NCBI GenBank assembly: GCA_051294905.1
Contig: CM119372.1
Location: 35,714,001 to 35,778,000, forward strand
From: Botryllus schlosseri
Lineage: Eukaryota
Reading direction: 5' to 3'
DNA length: 64,000 nt
Below, piece by piece: positions 60,619-64,000 of this stretch. Position 1 is the first letter of the stretch; each line of letters begins with the position of its first letter. The notes under the pieces are model-generated. The model made no database searches. It saw nothing but the letters and a program-made list of their open reading frames with translations, and was not told the origin of the DNA. The position numbers and the translations under genes were made by a program.

Positions 60619-61778
60619 AATTTAAAATCTGGAACAATATATACAAACCTGCAAATGGCTATCGACGCTACACCCGACGAAATTATGCGCAACGTATACG
60701 ACGGGCCACAAGCCCCGACTGTAATGAAAGCTATCCGATAGTGCGCAATAAATTGTATTTATCGACCCACAAAACCCAACCGTTTCACCCACTACCTATT
60801 CCAAGCATCCTAATTTCCCATCCCATAATCCCAACCCTTCCTCAACCCATATCACTCCCCCACCAATACCTACGAAAATTATCCACCAACCATCATAAAC
60901 GATCAAATTACGACTACAAAGACTTAATATGAACAATACACGCATTCGAACCGAACGCCAATCAGCGGCGGCTTCTACTACGACTTCAACTACAAATTCG
61001 CCTCCGACAACGACTGCGATGAGATGACCTGATGATGAAGACGAGCCAAACCGAAAGAAATGCATTTATGAAATTATTGATTTATGTATACATAATTGAA
61101 TAGAAATCACAAAAACGGTATAAATGACCATTGTATTGTAGTCGACAAAGACCATGTAATACATCAAACAAAATAAACTAACCTTGATATGAAAACAATT
61201 CGAAATAACTTTGATAATAATAATAATTCATCATAATTATATTTGTTTTGAAAATCACTCGCAAAGTGGGGCAATTGAAACAGCGTCTTATCGGAAAAAA
61301 CATGGTTACAAATATAAGTGGTAATGTAGTATCTATATAAGACCTTCGTCTTTAAAGAGGCCATGATAACACAGCCGTAATAATGTAAATAAACATAAAA
61401 GAAAAGTTGGCGTTCTTTTGGCCAAAATCTCGAGGGTCTCTTCACTAGGTTCACGAAATTATTCACGGGTCAAAGTGGTGCAAGAAACAAGATGACTACG
61501 GCTGATTCCTAAATCTCTATACTAGCGTATTATTATCTCCCAAGGCCAAGCAAATAATTCATTTTCTTATAAAATTTATGGCGATCCTTTTCATTTTGAG
61601 ACGATATTTGTGTTTTGAGAATTTTGAATAAAAATGCCAAATCAAACTGTGAAAATGAAAGCAGGAAGCGCCTAAATTGAACGTGGTCACGGTCGTGGTA
61701 TACAATGATCATACATGGTTCGTGTTACAGAACTTGAATATAGCTTTCAATACAATATCCATTGTATAATAATATTTA

Positions 61779-61819
61779 TTAACTCGAAGACTTTTCGGGT
61801 GCCTCTTTTCAAGAGTTAA
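61779..61819 (-). ncRNA. Minimal type I hammerhead ribozyme motif, U3-A8 core variant
   Basis: UUAACUC-UUGAAAA-G AGGCACC C-GAAA-AGUCU-UC-GAGUUAA. Confidence 0.65.
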
Positions 61820-61955
61820 CGGCACACTAAAGAGATTTAAACCGATTTAAAAGCAAAACCTAAAAGGCAAAGTGTGACGCAACAATGAAAATCACAAACC
61901 ATGAAATTCGCTTCGTACCAATGGCAACAATAACAAACTATGAAGTATACGGACA

Positions 61956-62748
61956 GATTTCCAGTAAATTTGGCCCTCGGTAAATTCGGCCCCCGGTAAA
62001 CTCGGCCATGGCCAGGGTAACAATAACAGTTACAATAACATTACCTAACATTAACCCTAACCTAACCCTAATCATAACCCTAACCTAATCCTAACCTAAT
62101 CTTGACCCTAACCTAACCCTAATCCTAACCTAACCTTAATCATAACCCTAACCTAACCCTAATCCTAACCCTAAAATAACCCTCACCCCAACCCTAACCT
62201 AACCCTAATCATAACCCAAATCATAACCCTAACCTCCTAATCACTTGATAATAATATAATTATGTAATATAATTCACATTAATAGTTGATAATACAACTT
62301 TACACAAAATTCTCCGAGGGCCGAATATACCGGTTGAATTCGGTCCTCAGTAAATTCGGGACCGTATATATCCGCGTTATCTCCCGTGACTGTGTGATAT
62401 ACGCATACCCTGGCCTCCAAATCACTCGATAATAATATAATTATGTAATTCATTCACATTAATAGTTGGTAATACAATTTTATACAAAATTCTCCTAGGG
62501 GCGAATTTACCGAGTAAATTCGGCCATCGGTAAATTCGGATCCGTGAATATCCGCGCTATCTCCCACGATTACGCGATCTACGCATACCCTGACATCCAA
62601 ATCACTTAATAATAGTATAATTATGTAATTAATTCATGTTAACGGTTAGTAATACATTTTAATACAATATTCTCGGAGGGCAGAATTTACCGAGGTCATG
62701 GCCGAATTCACTGGCCGAATTTACCGAGGGCCGAATTTACTGGCAACC
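61956..62748. mobile_element. Mutator-like MITE containing telomere-like (CCCTAA/CCTAA)n repeats
   Basis: 9-bp TSD ATACGGACA (61947-61955, 62749-62757); TIRs built from GGTAAATTCGGCC repeats; CCCTAA tract about 62044-62240; three ~180-bp internal tandem units. Confidence 0.85.
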
Positions 62749-62858
62749 ATACGGACATACGGTACTATAGTAGCAACGCAATTCGTAAATAAACAGTTAC
62801 ACGCACGAAACACATGCACTAGTGAGAATTCTCATGTTTAAATCCCTTTAGTGTGCCG

Positions 62859-62899
62859 TTAACTCCTGAAAAGAGGCACCCGAAAAGTCTTCGAGTTAA
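62859..62899 (+). ncRNA. Minimal type I hammerhead ribozyme motif (C3/A8 mismatch copy)
   Basis: UUAACUC-CUGAAAA-G AGGCACC C-GAAA-AGUCU-UC-GAGUUAA. Confidence 0.55.
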
Positions 62900-62992
62900 T
62901 AAATATTATTATACAATGGATATTGTATTGAAAGCTATAATGATCATACAATTCGATAAACAGAAATACAATATACAATTGAATAGTGTAGC

Positions 62993-63065
62993 CAGTGGTT
63001 CTCAACCGCCGGTCCGCGGACCGGTGCCGGTCCGTGACGACGTTCCTGCCGGTCCGCCAAGCATA
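62993..63065. mobile_element. Left end of a hAT MITE
   Basis: CAGTGGTTCTCAACC followed by CCGGTCCG subterminal repeats; partner end not found in the window. Confidence 0.6.
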
Positions 63066-64000
63066 TTAGAATTTTATACTTTAATTTCAAGATGCAATGT
63101 TGAAGGCTTGTTCATTGATAAAATAAATAAAACAGCAAATTTTAAACTGATTGATAACTTCCTGAGGTAACATAAGGGCTGGAAACATGTTCGATTTGAC
63201 TTAAAGTTCAAGACGTGTCATTTGACGATATGCGAGCGACAAGTACACAGAACAGATACGAGCCGACTCAACGCTAAACAGCGCAGTTTGATCATTGGTT
63301 TTCGATTCATTCATCTTGTGCAGGACCGTAACTGGGGCACCACAAACCGCCCAATTGGAGAGGGGCCGAGCTTGAATAGGGCTCATAATTATTTCGCAAA
63401 TGAACATAAATCACAGAATATTTATTTGAAACTTTTTCTAACATTTTTTAATTTCTTTTCGCGCTTTTCACGATTTAGTATCCCTAAATGTCTTGCTTAT
63501 TAGGTGACCTTTTCTGGGAAATACGCAATGATTTATTGGTATTTTGGCATCAGCCATTACCACGCCACGACGCACCAACACATAATCAAGCTTAGGTTAA
63601 CATGGGACTCCTAAAGAAGGGCCAAAAATTTGGCCACGAGAAAACTGCTTCACTCGTGAATGATCGAAAACTTTCTATATTGGCGCAATTAAGCTACGTA
63701 AACCCTCTGCTTACGCTGAGTAGAATGGGTGTGCTCACAAGTACAGGTGAAAACATCTACTCAATAATAGGGTCTTGGGGTGAAGCCCCCGGAAGTTTGA
63801 CTTATCGCCCTGTGGGGATCCCAAGACCAGCGTCTTTGGGGATGGGCCAACGAAGTGCTTTTTCGGCTCGGATTTGCGGATGGGTGGTATAGCTGCTGTA
63901 ATGTGTTTTCTTGCAGCACGCATTGTATTCGTATAGGTAGTTGTCAGAGTAGCCTGCGTCTGGTGGCAGTGGGCAATGAGCAATGTAGCACGACAAGGTG

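Larger units (their letters stand above)
61739..62939. mobile_element. Penelope-like element remnant with inverted pseudo-LTRs (61739-61842, 62836-62939)
   Basis: About 104-bp near-perfect inverted repeat, each arm holding a minimal hammerhead motif followed by AATAAA. Confidence 0.7.

Noticed and set aside
62044..62240. True telomere or chromosome-fusion site
   Set aside because: Short, degenerate and enclosed by TIRs and a 9-bp TSD
63525..64000. Possible 5' UTR of a non-LTR element or SINE
   Set aside because: Only a shift in base composition; truncated by the window edge with no diagnostic motif

Overview
Eukaryotic (invertebrate-like, AT-rich) genomic DNA dominated by nested transposable elements; no prokaryotic genes, rRNA, tRNA or CRISPR are supported. 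The host backbone is a tandem duplication carrying two intronless class A GPCR pseudogenes. Matching terminal inverted repeats (TIRs) and target-site duplications (TSDs) show a nested structure: hAT element A (11516-38826) contains hAT element B (12693-38048), which is split by a ~23.3 kb insert (14505-37851) flanked by GTTGCC/GTTACC. That insert is the most unusual part of the window. It carries a 953-aa Gag-like ORF with a polybasic N-terminus, PPxY and YPxL motifs and a CCHC knuckle; an A AAA AAC -1 frameshift site with a downstream stem-loop; a protease ORF with 45-aa Cys/His repeats that appears to have lost RT, RNase H and integrase; small transmembrane ORFs; an intronless C2H2 zinc-finger gene; and two tandem arrays whose units show compensatory base-pair changes (putative structured-RNA arrays). 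No LTRs were found for it. Elsewhere there are an intact hAT transposase, a deleted Gypsy element, a CR1/L2-type LINE fragment, a solo Gypsy-type gag, a decayed Tx1/L1 ORF1, inverted Penelope-like repeats with minimal hammerhead ribozyme motifs, and many MITEs. All alignments and foldings were done by eye.
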